DNA from: a bacterium
Lineage (GTDB): Bacteria > Patescibacteriota > Minisyncoccia > Phycocordibacterales > UBA10002
DNA: 32,519 bases
Assembly: GCA_030697445.1 (NCBI GenBank)
Contig: JAUYPY010000051.1
Span: 1 to 32,519, forward strand
Reading direction: 5' to 3'
Positions 8,402 to 16,412 of the stretch are shown here, one piece after another; within the stretch, counting starts at the first letter, position 1; each line of letters begins with the position of its first letter. Both the position numbers and the translations under genes were made by a program. The notes beneath the pieces were generated by a model, which saw only the letters and a list, made by a program, of their open reading frames with translations, ran no database searches and was not told the DNA's origin.

Positions 8402-9327
8402 AGTGTATCGTTTCTTTGCAGATATTCGAGTGTTGCGGCGACGAGCGTTTTTACATCCTCAAACCGCCCCTCTTCCGTAGAGCCAAGCACGGCGACGGCA
8501 ATCGGCTTGCCGACTCCCGCATCAAATATAATTGCCAAATTGCCTCCAGCAAGATCAGTGAGTCCTGTTTTTGACGCGCGGAGCATGGGGATGTCCGCTA
8601 CAATCTTGTTTGTATTGTCCGCCTCGTGCCGGTTGCCGTTTTCTTCAGTAAACAACGAAGTTGCCTTGGTGGTCGCATCAAAAAGATCTGGATGCATGTG
8701 ATACGCAAGGGCAATCAAGCGTACCACATCATGCGCCGAACCGAACCCCCCGGCAACACCTTCGCTTTCATCCAATCCCGTCTCATTCAAAAAATACATA
8801 CTCTGGAGTCCGAGCGCATTTGCTTCTTTATTCATTTCCGTAATAAATTGTCCTCTGTTTTCCGACTCAATGCCACTGGTTGAAATAAAGCCTCCGCCGA
8901 CAGCCGCAGCCGCGGCTACACCGTCATTTGAAGATGCGGTCAGCGAAAACGAAAGCAGGTCTTTGAGCGCCCAGTTTTCATTACGCATAGGGACAAGCGC
9001 ATAGTTTGGCGCAATAGAAAGCGCAGTTATTGCAGTCATTATTTTCGTAAGCGACGCAAGCGGAAGCTGGGTGTCCGAATTTCTCGCAAAAAGCGTCTGA
9101 CCAGTCGCGACATCAAACACTTCTACCGCACGCGCGGCGAGCACCACTTCATCAAACGGAGATGGAGCAAGGGCCGCACCTCCTATACCTGCATACGCCG
9201 TATTAGGAGTGCTTGTTTCAATCAACTGCAGAGAAGATGGCGAGGATATACCAGATAGCGTTCCAATTAACGCGCCTGCAAAAGCGAACGAAGTAAAAAA
9301 ACGGAAATGTGATTGCGATTCATTCAT
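8398..9327 (-). CDS. serine-type D-Ala-D-Ala carboxypeptidase (PBP5/S11-like)
   Basis: SLTK (SxxK), SSND (SxN) and KTG motifs. Signal-like N-terminus from MNESQSHFRFFTSFAFAGALIG. ATG at 9325-9327. Confidence 0.85.
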   Translation of the reverse strand: MNESQSHFRFFTSFAFAGALIGTLSGISSPSSLQLIETSTPNTAYAGIGGAALAPSPFDEVVLAARAVEVFDVATGQTLFARNSDTQLPLASLTKIMTAITALSIAPNYALVPMRNENWALKDLLSFSLTASSNDGVAAAAAVGGGFISTSGIESENRGQFITEMNKEANALGLQSMYFLNETGLDESEGVAGGFGSAHDVVRLIALAYHMHPDLFDATTKATSLFTEENGNRHEADNTNKIVADIPMLRASKTGLTDLAGGNLAIIFDAGVGKPIAVAVLGSTEEGRFEDVKTLVAATLEYLQRNDTL

Positions 9328-9865
9328 CTTGTTTATTCTCTGTGTTAGCGGCAAACGCGTCAAGTTCTTTTTTCGCCTCCGAATAATCGGGTAATTCTTC
9401 AACGCGCGATATGCCTAAGTGTGCGAGAAGCTCAAGTGTTGGTTCGTACACAAACCCGCGCGCATCTTTCGGGTTCGCTTTGCGCGCGACAAGCCCGCGC
9501 GCCGCGAGTTCGCGCAAAGTAAAAGTTGAATTAACACCGCGAATCCAATCAAGCTCACGGCGCGTCGCCTGTCCGCGATAAAGCACAACCGCAAGCGCTT
9601 CCGCACCCGCTTTCCCCACATCGCGGGCGAGTTCTTCGCGCAACAATTTTTCTATGATCGCGCCAGCTTCGGGCGCTGTGCGGACTTCCACCTCCTCACC
9701 CGCGCGCACAAGCGATACCCCGCGCCCCACAAGCTTTTCTTCAAGAGTTTTTAACCCTTCTTCTACCGCTTTTTTATCAACACCAAGAAGCTCCACGAGC
9801 CGCTTCACGCTCGTTGGCTCGGCTTTGAAAAAGAGAACGGACTCTAATTGTGCGTCTAATGTCAT
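9320..9865 (-). CDS. scpB: segregation and condensation protein B
   Basis: Typical ScpB winged-helix repeats (LESVLFFKAEP...; ALAVVLYRGQATRRELDWIRGVNS). Confidence 0.9.
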   Translation of the reverse strand: MTLDAQLESVLFFKAEPTSVKRLVELLGVDKKAVEEGLKTLEEKLVGRGVSLVRAGEEVEVRTAPEAGAIIEKLLREELARDVGKAGAEALAVVLYRGQATRRELDWIRGVNSTFTLRELAARGLVARKANPKDARGFVYEPTLELLAHLGISRVEELPDYSEAKKELDAFAANTENKQDE

Positions 9866-9896
9866 AGCATTTTAACTACTTAAGATTAACATAATT

Positions 9897-9905
9897 TTAT
9901 CCACA
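9897..9905 (+). promoter_or_regulatory. TTATCCACA box (exact DnaA-box consensus) between the scpB start and the plus-strand promoter
   Basis: Exact 9-mer, 9 nt upstream of TTGCTT. A homologous box occurs at 11583-11591. Confidence 0.4.
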
Positions 9906-9914
9906 ATTCGTAAC

Positions 9915-9943
9915 TTGCTTTTTGTATTCCACTCTGTTACCAT
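9915..9943 (+). promoter_or_regulatory. candidate sigma70-type promoter facing MazF-like gene #1
   Basis: TTGCTT-17nt-TACCAT, then TTGTATT. It is positionally homologous to the stronger promoter at 11600-11627. Confidence 0.4.
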
Positions 9944-9949
9944 TGTATT

Positions 9950-10030
9950 TACAAGTGGCTTCGGCCTTACCCCCGTAAGGGGGAGAAAGTCAAGAAAAGC
10001 CGTCAGAATAATTTTCTGGCGGCTTTTCGT
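9950..10030 (+). ncRNA. candidate ~80-nt antisense sRNA (three hairpins) overlapping the 3' end of MazF-like gene #1
   Basis: GGC-UUCG-GCC (9957-9966), CCCCC-GUAA-GGGGG (9970-9983) and a terminator hairpin plus UUUU (9995-10027). Ends are inferred from the promoter and terminator only. Confidence 0.35.
9995..10027. terminator. bidirectional intrinsic terminator overlapping the stop codon of MazF-like gene #1
   Basis: 10-bp stem GCCGTCAGAA/TTCTGGCGGC flanked by AAAA and TTTT, giving a U-tract on both strands. Confidence 0.7.
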
Positions 10031-10386
10031 ATGCGATCAAACATATCTTTTTCAAGAAACCCTATCTTTTCAACTAAACGCCGCGTATCTACAACGCGAA
10101 TTTGTGAAAGAATTGCCGACGCTTTTTTCCCTTGTATTTCTCCAACAGGAATACGAAGAATATGTTGGCGGAGTGATGTCGTCAGCGGTATAACCATGCA
10201 AGTATCGGCTCCAAACCCTCGAACAATAACAACCGGCCTAAGAAAAAACTTTCCGCTTCCATCTTGTTCGGAACCGATATTAACGCCAAGGCGACACCAC
10301 CATATTTCACGGACGGTATACAAACGCGGCTGTTCTGCGTGCGTTCGTTTTTTATCTTTATTCCATAGGTCAAAATCTTTTTGCAT
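10003..10386 (-). CDS. PemK/MazF-family toxin-like protein #1 (127 aa)
   Basis: REIWWCRLGVNIGSEQDGSGKFFLRPVVIV aligns with the MazF/EndoA core (GDVYxADLxPxxGSEQxGxRPVLVI). Carries a 25-aa N-terminal extension, DFDLWNKDKK. Confidence 0.75.
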   Translation of the reverse strand: MQKDFDLWNKDKKRTHAEQPRLYTVREIWWCRLGVNIGSEQDGSGKFFLRPVVIVRGFGADTCMVIPLTTSLRQHILRIPVGEIQGKKASAILSQIRVVDTRRLVEKIGFLEKDMFDRIRKAARKLF

Positions 10387-10404
10387 ACTTGGATTTATGT
10401 ATAC

Positions 10405-10833
10405 TCAGTCTTCCTGGAACCTTGCGACTTCCTTAGTTAAAAGATTTTGAAAATCGGCAACTTTATGTGCATCTAAATTTCTATAATTCGCTCGTATGTA
10501 GTTAGAGAAAGATAGCAACTCTTTATCTAATTTAGAGTCAGTCGGTTTTTCCCACACCGTCTCCCAGATTTCATCGTTGCACCAATCTTTTTTATCAAGA
10601 TCAAGCCACTTTATATGTTCCACATTCTCGAATTTCCCGTTATTCAAGGCGATAGTATCCCATTCAGCTGTAATTTTTGCGCCATGTGACATTTCTTTTT
10701 TATCTTGTAGCACCTGCTTAAGCACGCGATGTCCTTTGTATGTATTGTCAAACGAAATAGATTCTCTGTCGTTCAGAGGTACGGATATAAAATACCCATT
10801 GACACTGTCTCCGTCGTCAATATTAATTTTCAT
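10405..10833 (-). CDS. hypothetical acidic Trp-rich protein (142 aa) in the antitoxin position
   Basis: ATG lies 8 nt after the scpA stop and the ORF ends 18 nt before MazF-like #1. Visibly AT-richer than its neighbours. No recognisable MazE/AbrB/RHH motif. Confidence 0.6.
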   Translation of the reverse strand: MKINIDDGDSVNGYFISVPLNDRESISFDNTYKGHRVLKQVLQDKKEMSHGAKITAEWDTIALNNGKFENVEHIKWLDLDKKDWCNDEIWETVWEKPTDSKLDKELLSFSNYIRANYRNLDAHKVADFQNLLTKEVARFQED

Positions 10834-10841
10834 ATGTTTAT

Positions 10842-11570
10842 CTACTGATATTTCGGAACGCCAACTTGTTCCGTCTCCATCAGTATATCGTCAAAATGCT
10901 TTTCTTGCGTTACGCGAATCGCGCCGCGCCGGATAAGTTCCAGCATTGCGAGAAAGCTCACGATAATTTCTTTCTTCGCCTTCGCGCCGAGCGCTCCGGC
11001 GAAATCGCGGAAGCCCAAACGCAGGCACGCCTGAATACGGCCGGTCAGACGCGCAATCGTCTCGTCCAATGAAAGCACTTTTTCCACAATAACTTTTGGA
11101 AGAACCGCCGCGCGCGGCAAGTTCATAAGAAGTGAGCGGAGCGTTTCCGAAAGCGACGCGAGTGTCGTTGACGGAGAAGTGGTAAAAAGCGGCGCGCGCT
11201 CGCGCGCCTCCAAAGAAAAGGAGATGCTTTTTCCGAAGCGTGTGCGAATCTTCCCCGCGTACCCGCGCACTTTCTGATACAACGCGAGGCGCGCTTGGAG
11301 TTCAGAAATATCGGTTTTCTCTTCTTCGGTCAATTCAAGCAAGGGCAAAAGCGACTTTGATTTGATTAAAAGAAGCGTTGAGGCAACCAAGATAAAACTT
11401 GCGCCTTCGGCCATAGGAAACTCCTCAAACTGTTTCGCGTACAAGATAAAATCATCGGCAACGGAAGCGAGCGATACATCGCTTACATGCAATTTCCGTT
11501 CTTCAATCAAATCCAAAAGCACATAAAGCGGTCCCTCAAACTTTTCATGCTTTACGGTAAATGCGGACAT
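10842..11570 (-). CDS. scpA: segregation and condensation protein A
   Basis: FEGPLYVLLDLIEERKLHVSDVSLASVADDF N-terminal signature and C-terminal winged helix. Confidence 0.9.
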   Translation of the reverse strand: MSAFTVKHEKFEGPLYVLLDLIEERKLHVSDVSLASVADDFILYAKQFEEFPMAEGASFILVASTLLLIKSKSLLPLLELTEEEKTDISELQARLALYQKVRGYAGKIRTRFGKSISFSLEARERAPLFTTSPSTTLASLSETLRSLLMNLPRAAVLPKVIVEKVLSLDETIARLTGRIQACLRLGFRDFAGALGAKAKKEIIVSFLAMLELIRRGAIRVTQEKHFDDILMETEQVGVPKYQ

Positions 11571-11582
11571 AAATATATAAAG

Positions 11583-11591
11583 TTATCCACT
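11583..11591 (+). promoter_or_regulatory. TTATCCACT box (8/9 DnaA-box consensus) between the scpA start and the plus-strand promoter
   Basis: 8 nt upstream of TTGACA, the same relative position as the box at 9897-9905. Confidence 0.4.
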
Positions 11592-11599
11592 GGTATTAT

Positions 11600-11627
11600 T
11601 TGACAGTAAATACGGTTCTGGTATACT
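11600..11627 (+). promoter_or_regulatory. strong sigma70-type promoter facing MazF-like gene #2
   Basis: TTGACA-16nt-TATACT, then TAATTGTATT and the hairpin module. Confidence 0.55.
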
Positions 11628-11633
11628 TAATTG

Positions 11634-11700
11634 TATTAGGGCTTCGGCCTCCGAGACCCCGCCGCAAGGCGGGGTCGATTGTTATATAAATTTGCTAAAT
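11634..11700 (+). ncRNA. candidate antisense sRNA convergent with MazF-like gene #2 (3' end undefined)
   Basis: GGC-UUCG-GCC (11640-11649), then GACCCCGCC-GCAA-GGCGGGGUC (11655-11676) followed by GAUUGUUAU. It runs into the toxin stop codon (11682-11684). Confidence 0.35.
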
Positions 11701-12065
11701 GCTATCTGCACTTTTTTAAATGCAGATTCAGGTATCATATCAACTTTACGCAATAATCTGTAAGTACTAATAACGCGGCTTTGAGTAAGCTTTATCCACA
11801 CTGTCCCAAACTTAACTTTTACGGCACAATGAAATTCATCTTTCTTCTCTCTACTGGTTATCGGTAAAATAAGAAGGGTTTCCGTATTATAAACCCGAAG
11901 TACCAAAACCGGTCGTTCAAAATTATCGTGCTTTCCATCTGTTTCCGCTCCGATATTCGCTCCAAGCGCACACCACCACACCTCGCGTGGATGCGCGTAT
12001 GCCATACCTGCTTGCATATGTATCTTCTTCTTTTCCCCGTTCCACTGATCAAAATCTTTATTCAT
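11682..12065 (-). CDS. PemK/MazF-family toxin-like protein #2 (127 aa)
   Basis: REVWWCALGANIGAETDGKHDNFERPVLVL core and the same DFDQWNGEKK N-terminal extension. About one-third identical to #1 by eye. Confidence 0.75.
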   Translation of the reverse strand: MNKDFDQWNGEKKKIHMQAGMAYAHPREVWWCALGANIGAETDGKHDNFERPVLVLRVYNTETLLILPITSREKKDEFHCAVKVKFGTVWIKLTQSRVISTYRLLRKVDMIPESAFKKVQIAFSKFI

Positions 12066-12091
12066 TTTCCTCGATACTTAACTTAAAATCT

Positions 12092-13492
<1,401 letters not shown>

Positions 13493-13496
13493 ATTA

Positions 13497-14444
13497 TTAG
13501 TAGAGTTTAACACCAATCTTTTCACGCACGAGGTCCATTTTCGTTTGTGCGAGCGCGCGGGTGCGCTCGCCTCCGTCTTTGAGAACTTTGAGCACAGCAC
13601 CCGTGTCGCCGGCGATTGTCGCGCGCTTCGCGCGGAGCGGCGCGATGAAGTTTTTCATATCTGCAATCAGTGCTTCTTTGAGATCTTTATATTTTCCCGC
13701 TTTTTCTTCATATAATTTTTCCAATTCCTTTTCCGAACGGAAGAGCTTATGGATTTCATACACATTTTTCGGAACGCCACCAGATGAGTCCGTTACAATA
13801 CTCATTGCTAATTTCTCTATATCGCTGTCTTCTGCAAAAAGCGGAATCGTATTGCCGTAACTCTTGCTCATCTTTTGCCCGTCAATGCCGGGTACAACCG
13901 CGACTTCTTTCATAATGTGCGCGTTTGGCAACTTAAATGTTTCTCCGTAAATACGGTTAAACTTTTCCGCAATATCGCGCGCAATTTCCACATGCTGTTT
14001 TTGGTCCGCGCCGACCGGCACCACATCCGTATCGTAAAGCAAAATATCCGCCGCCATAAGTACGGGGTAATTGAAAAGTCCGACACTCGCCTCTTTCTTT
14101 TTCGCCACGGCATCTTTGTACGCATGCGCGCGCTCTAGATATGGGACCGTAACGAGACAGTCAAAAATCCAAGCAAGTTCTGCGTGTTCAGGAATATCTG
14201 ACTGTTTGTAAAGCAATACTTTTTCCGGATCCAATCCGATCGCAAGATAATCAATTGCGACATCGAGCGTATTTTGCTTCAATTCCTCGGAATTTTGTAC
14301 AGTTGTTAAGGCGTGATAATCAGGAATAAAAAAGAAGCATTCGTATTCATTTTGTAATTCCACGAATTGACGCATCGCTCCAAAATAGTTGCCAATGTGG
14401 GGCCTCCCAGTAGGTTTAATACCAGAAAGAAGTATTTTTTTCAT
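13497..14444 (-). CDS. trpS: tryptophan--tRNA ligase
   Basis: GRPHIGNY (HIGH motif) and KMSKS motifs. ATG at 14442-14444. Confidence 0.92.
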   Translation of the reverse strand: MKKILLSGIKPTGRPHIGNYFGAMRQFVELQNEYECFFFIPDYHALTTVQNSEELKQNTLDVAIDYLAIGLDPEKVLLYKQSDIPEHAELAWIFDCLVTVPYLERAHAYKDAVAKKKEASVGLFNYPVLMAADILLYDTDVVPVGADQKQHVEIARDIAEKFNRIYGETFKLPNAHIMKEVAVVPGIDGQKMSKSYGNTIPLFAEDSDIEKLAMSIVTDSSGGVPKNVYEIHKLFRSEKELEKLYEEKAGKYKDLKEALIADMKNFIAPLRAKRATIAGDTGAVLKVLKDGGERTRALAQTKMDLVREKIGVKLY

Positions 14445-14450
14445 AACAAC

Positions 14451-14459
14451 AGTATAACA
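14451..14459 (-). promoter_or_regulatory. extended -10 promoter TGTTATACT, 6 nt before the trpS ATG
   Basis: Minus strand reads TGT-TATACT-GTTGTT-ATG. Confidence 0.5.
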
Positions 14460-14491
14460 CCCGATGTTGATTGGCTTCAAACATCGGGTGT
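14457..14491 (-). terminator. 12-bp hairpin between the M20 peptidase gene and trpS
   Basis: ACACCCGATGTT / AACATCGGGTGT with an 11-nt loop. Only a weak U-tract follows. Confidence 0.45.
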
Positions 14492-14494
14492 TTA

Positions 14495-15862
14495 TCACTT
14501 CGCAAGTTCTTGCCACAACTCTGCGCTAAGCGCCATACCGCGTTTGAAATTGGCGAGCTCAAACTTTTCGTTCGGGGAGTGCGCGTTGTCGTCGGGGAGC
14601 GCGAAGCCAATAAGCAAACTGTGAAGTCCGAGAATTTTCTGAAAATCAGTTACTACGGGAATAGAACCGCCCTCGCGTATGAAGCGCGGCGGCGCGCCGA
14701 ATACGCGTTTTATTGCGCGCTCTGCGGCGCGCACCGCGCCACTTTTCGGCTCAAACAAATACGGCTCGGCGCCGTGTCCGCTTTTTATTTCCATCGTAAC
14801 GGACTTCGGGCAATGCGCAACTAGGTGTTTCCTCACCGCCGCAATAACGGCCGATGGCTTCTGATCCGGCACAAGCCGCATCGTGAGTTTCGCGGAGGCG
14901 CGCGCCGGTACGATAGTTTTTGAACCGACACCCTGATATCCGCTTGTGAGCCCGTTTATTTCAATCGTCGGGCGCGTTGTCGTATGTTCAATGTGGTTAA
15001 AACCTTTTTCACCAAACAGGCACGGCACTTTGAGAAAATCTCGATAGAACTCAGCATCGTTTTCGCCTCCGTGTTGCAAACGCGCCCGCTCCGCAGGCGT
15101 GAGCACGCACACGCCATCGTAAAATCCGCGCACCAAAATCTTTCCTGTTTTCTTGTCTCGGAGCGTTGCAAGAAGGTGTGCGAGCGCCATCGCCGGATTT
15201 TCAATTGAGCCGCCGTATGAGCCGGAGTGTACATCGCGGTCTGCGCCGAAAAGTGTAACCTCAAGCGCAGCAATGCCGCGGAGCGCGTAGGTAATCGCCG
15301 GCGTTTTAAGCGACGGCATATTGGTATCGGAAATGACGACACCGTCCGCCGCGAGCATTTTCTTGTTCTTCTGTAAAAACAGCGCTAAGTTAGAACTTCC
15401 TACTTCCTCCTCGCCTTCAATGACAAAGGTAATGTCGCATGGAAGCGACGTGCCTGTTTTCAAGTACGCTTCAATGGCTTTGAGATGCGCGAAATGCTGG
15501 CCTTTGTTGTCGGACGCGCCGCGCGCAAAGAGCTTGCCTTTGCGGACTGTTGGCACAAATGGCGGGGTTTTCCAAAGCTCAAGCGGCTCCGGTGGCTGGA
15601 CATCGTAGTGGCCATACACGAGGTAATGAGGTCTGTTTCTCGCATCTTTTTTAGTTGTAGCGACCAGTATGGGATTTCCGGCGGTAGAATAAAGTGTTGC
15701 GGAAAGCCCGATACGGCGGCAGTGCGCGAGAAGCCACTCCGCGCATTTTTGTATTTCCTTTTTGTTTCCACTCGCCGATACGCTTGCAAGCGAAATATAC
15801 TCCTTTAGTTCCTCAAGGAATCGCGGATATTCTTTTTTGAGATACGCGCGTACTTTTTGCAT
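14495..15862 (-). CDS. M20 family metallopeptidase (dipeptidase/ArgE-DapE-like)
   Basis: YGHYDVQP, ARGASDNKGQ and EGEEEVGS motifs typical of M20 enzymes. Confidence 0.85.
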   Translation of the reverse strand: MQKVRAYLKKEYPRFLEELKEYISLASVSASGNKKEIQKCAEWLLAHCRRIGLSATLYSTAGNPILVATTKKDARNRPHYLVYGHYDVQPPEPLELWKTPPFVPTVRKGKLFARGASDNKGQHFAHLKAIEAYLKTGTSLPCDITFVIEGEEEVGSSNLALFLQKNKKMLAADGVVISDTNMPSLKTPAITYALRGIAALEVTLFGADRDVHSGSYGGSIENPAMALAHLLATLRDKKTGKILVRGFYDGVCVLTPAERARLQHGGENDAEFYRDFLKVPCLFGEKGFNHIEHTTTRPTIEINGLTSGYQGVGSKTIVPARASAKLTMRLVPDQKPSAVIAAVRKHLVAHCPKSVTMEIKSGHGAEPYLFEPKSGAVRAAERAIKRVFGAPPRFIREGGSIPVVTDFQKILGLHSLLIGFALPDDNAHSPNEKFELANFKRGMALSAELWQELAK

Positions 15863-15897
15863 AATTGATTTTTTATATAGTATCTTAATTGTAAGTA

Positions 15898-15937
15898 ACC
15901 CCGACGCTTTGGATAAAAATCCAAAGGTCGGGGGTGA
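15898..15937 (-). terminator. long hairpin between the 48-aa ORF and the M20 peptidase promoter
   Basis: CCCCGAC(G)CTTTGGA-TAAAAA-TCCAAAGGTCGGGG: 14 bp with one bulge. On the minus strand it is followed by UUACUUACAAUU. Confidence 0.45.
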
Positions 15938-15952
15938 ACTATCTCCTCGCCT

Positions 15953-16099
15953 CTACTGAAAATGCGGGTCCGTTCGCGTCCACCATCGCATCCAAATCTT
16001 GATGTCTTTTGGTTTTCCGTTTCGCGCAAAAGATATGCGGAGTTTTCGAGGTTTTTCGGTATTTCGCCGAACTCCTGAACCGTTATTTTTTACTTTCAT
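15953..16099 (-). CDS. 48-aa basic micro-ORF with a Trp cluster (candidate)
   Basis: AAGGAG lies 5 nt before the ATG. Product MKVKNNGSGVRRNTEKPRKLRISFARNGKPKDIKIWMRWWTRTDPHFQ. It is below the track's size cut-off. Confidence 0.35.
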   Translation of the reverse strand: MKVKNNGSGVRRNTEKPRKLRISFARNGKPKDIKIWMRWWTRTDPHFQ

Positions 16100-16142
16100 T
16101 TCTACTCCTTTCGTTGTTGATTTTGGTAAAGAGATATTTCAA

Positions 16143-16304
16143 AGAACAAAACAGCCCTCCGTTTTCTGGAGGGCTGATTGGTATTTTGCGTAAAATATAT
16201 TTAGGAAGCACGCAACGCACAAATCAACTCTCCAGAGGAGGTCTTGCGAATAAGGTGCCAAAACATACGGTATGCTTTGTTGGTGCGTGTTGAATTCATA
16301 GTAT
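16143..16304 (-). ncRNA. candidate ~160-nt sRNA, or leaderless 32-aa peptide mRNA
   Basis: Bounded by the TTGACA-16-TAGTAT promoter and a strong terminator. Contains CCUCCUCU (anti-SD). The alternative reading is the ORF MNSTRTNKAYRMFWHLIRKTSSGELICALRAS. Confidence 0.45.
16152..16176 (-). terminator. intrinsic terminator
   Basis: Minus-strand RNA CAGCCCUCC-AGAAAAC-GGAGGGCUG followed by UUUUGUUCUUU. Confidence 0.8.
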
Positions 16305-16310
16305 TTCCAT

Positions 16311-16338
16311 ATACTATACTTACCAATTTTATTGTCAA
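16311..16338 (-). promoter_or_regulatory. sigma70-type promoter TTGACA-16-TAGTAT
   Basis: Perfect -35 at 16333-16338 (rc) and -10 at 16311-16316 (rc). Confidence 0.6.
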
Positions 16339-16357
16339 GCGGGAGTGTGGAAAACTA

Positions 16358-16385
16358 TTGCAACTAAAATTTATAGTGCTAGTAT
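16358..16385 (+). promoter_or_regulatory. divergent sigma70-type promoter TTGCAA-16-TAGTAT
   Basis: Back-to-back with the minus-strand promoter; the two -35 boxes are 19 nt apart. Confidence 0.5.
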
Positions 16386-16412
16386 GCACGATGGATAAAA
16401 AGAGGAGTTTTT

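Noticed and set aside
7812-8480. Long plus-strand ORFs antisense to real genes: 7812-8480 versus mraY, 12272-12940 versus aspS, 18008-18550 versus dnaJ, 29388-29930 versus the Cas4-like gene, and 3571-4074 versus the M23 gene.
   Set aside because: Each lies fully inside a minus-strand gene with strong family motifs. Their products are low-complexity (S/R/P/A-rich) with no recognisable motifs. They are typical shadow ORFs.
9897-11800. Cluster of three TTATCCAC boxes within 2 kb as a possible replication origin.
   Set aside because: No dnaA or dnaN nearby, no AT-rich unwinding element with 13-mer-like repeats, and one box is simply coding sequence (VWIKL). A promoter-associated regulatory role is more plausible.
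13493-13600. N-terminally extended track ORFs for aspS, trpS, rpsI, rpoA, rpsM, the DD-carboxypeptidase, ftsW, gltX, plsC and others.
   Set aside because: The extensions begin at TTG/GTG or overlap the upstream gene and add non-homologous residues. Internal ATGs placed right after the upstream stop codon give canonical N-termini.
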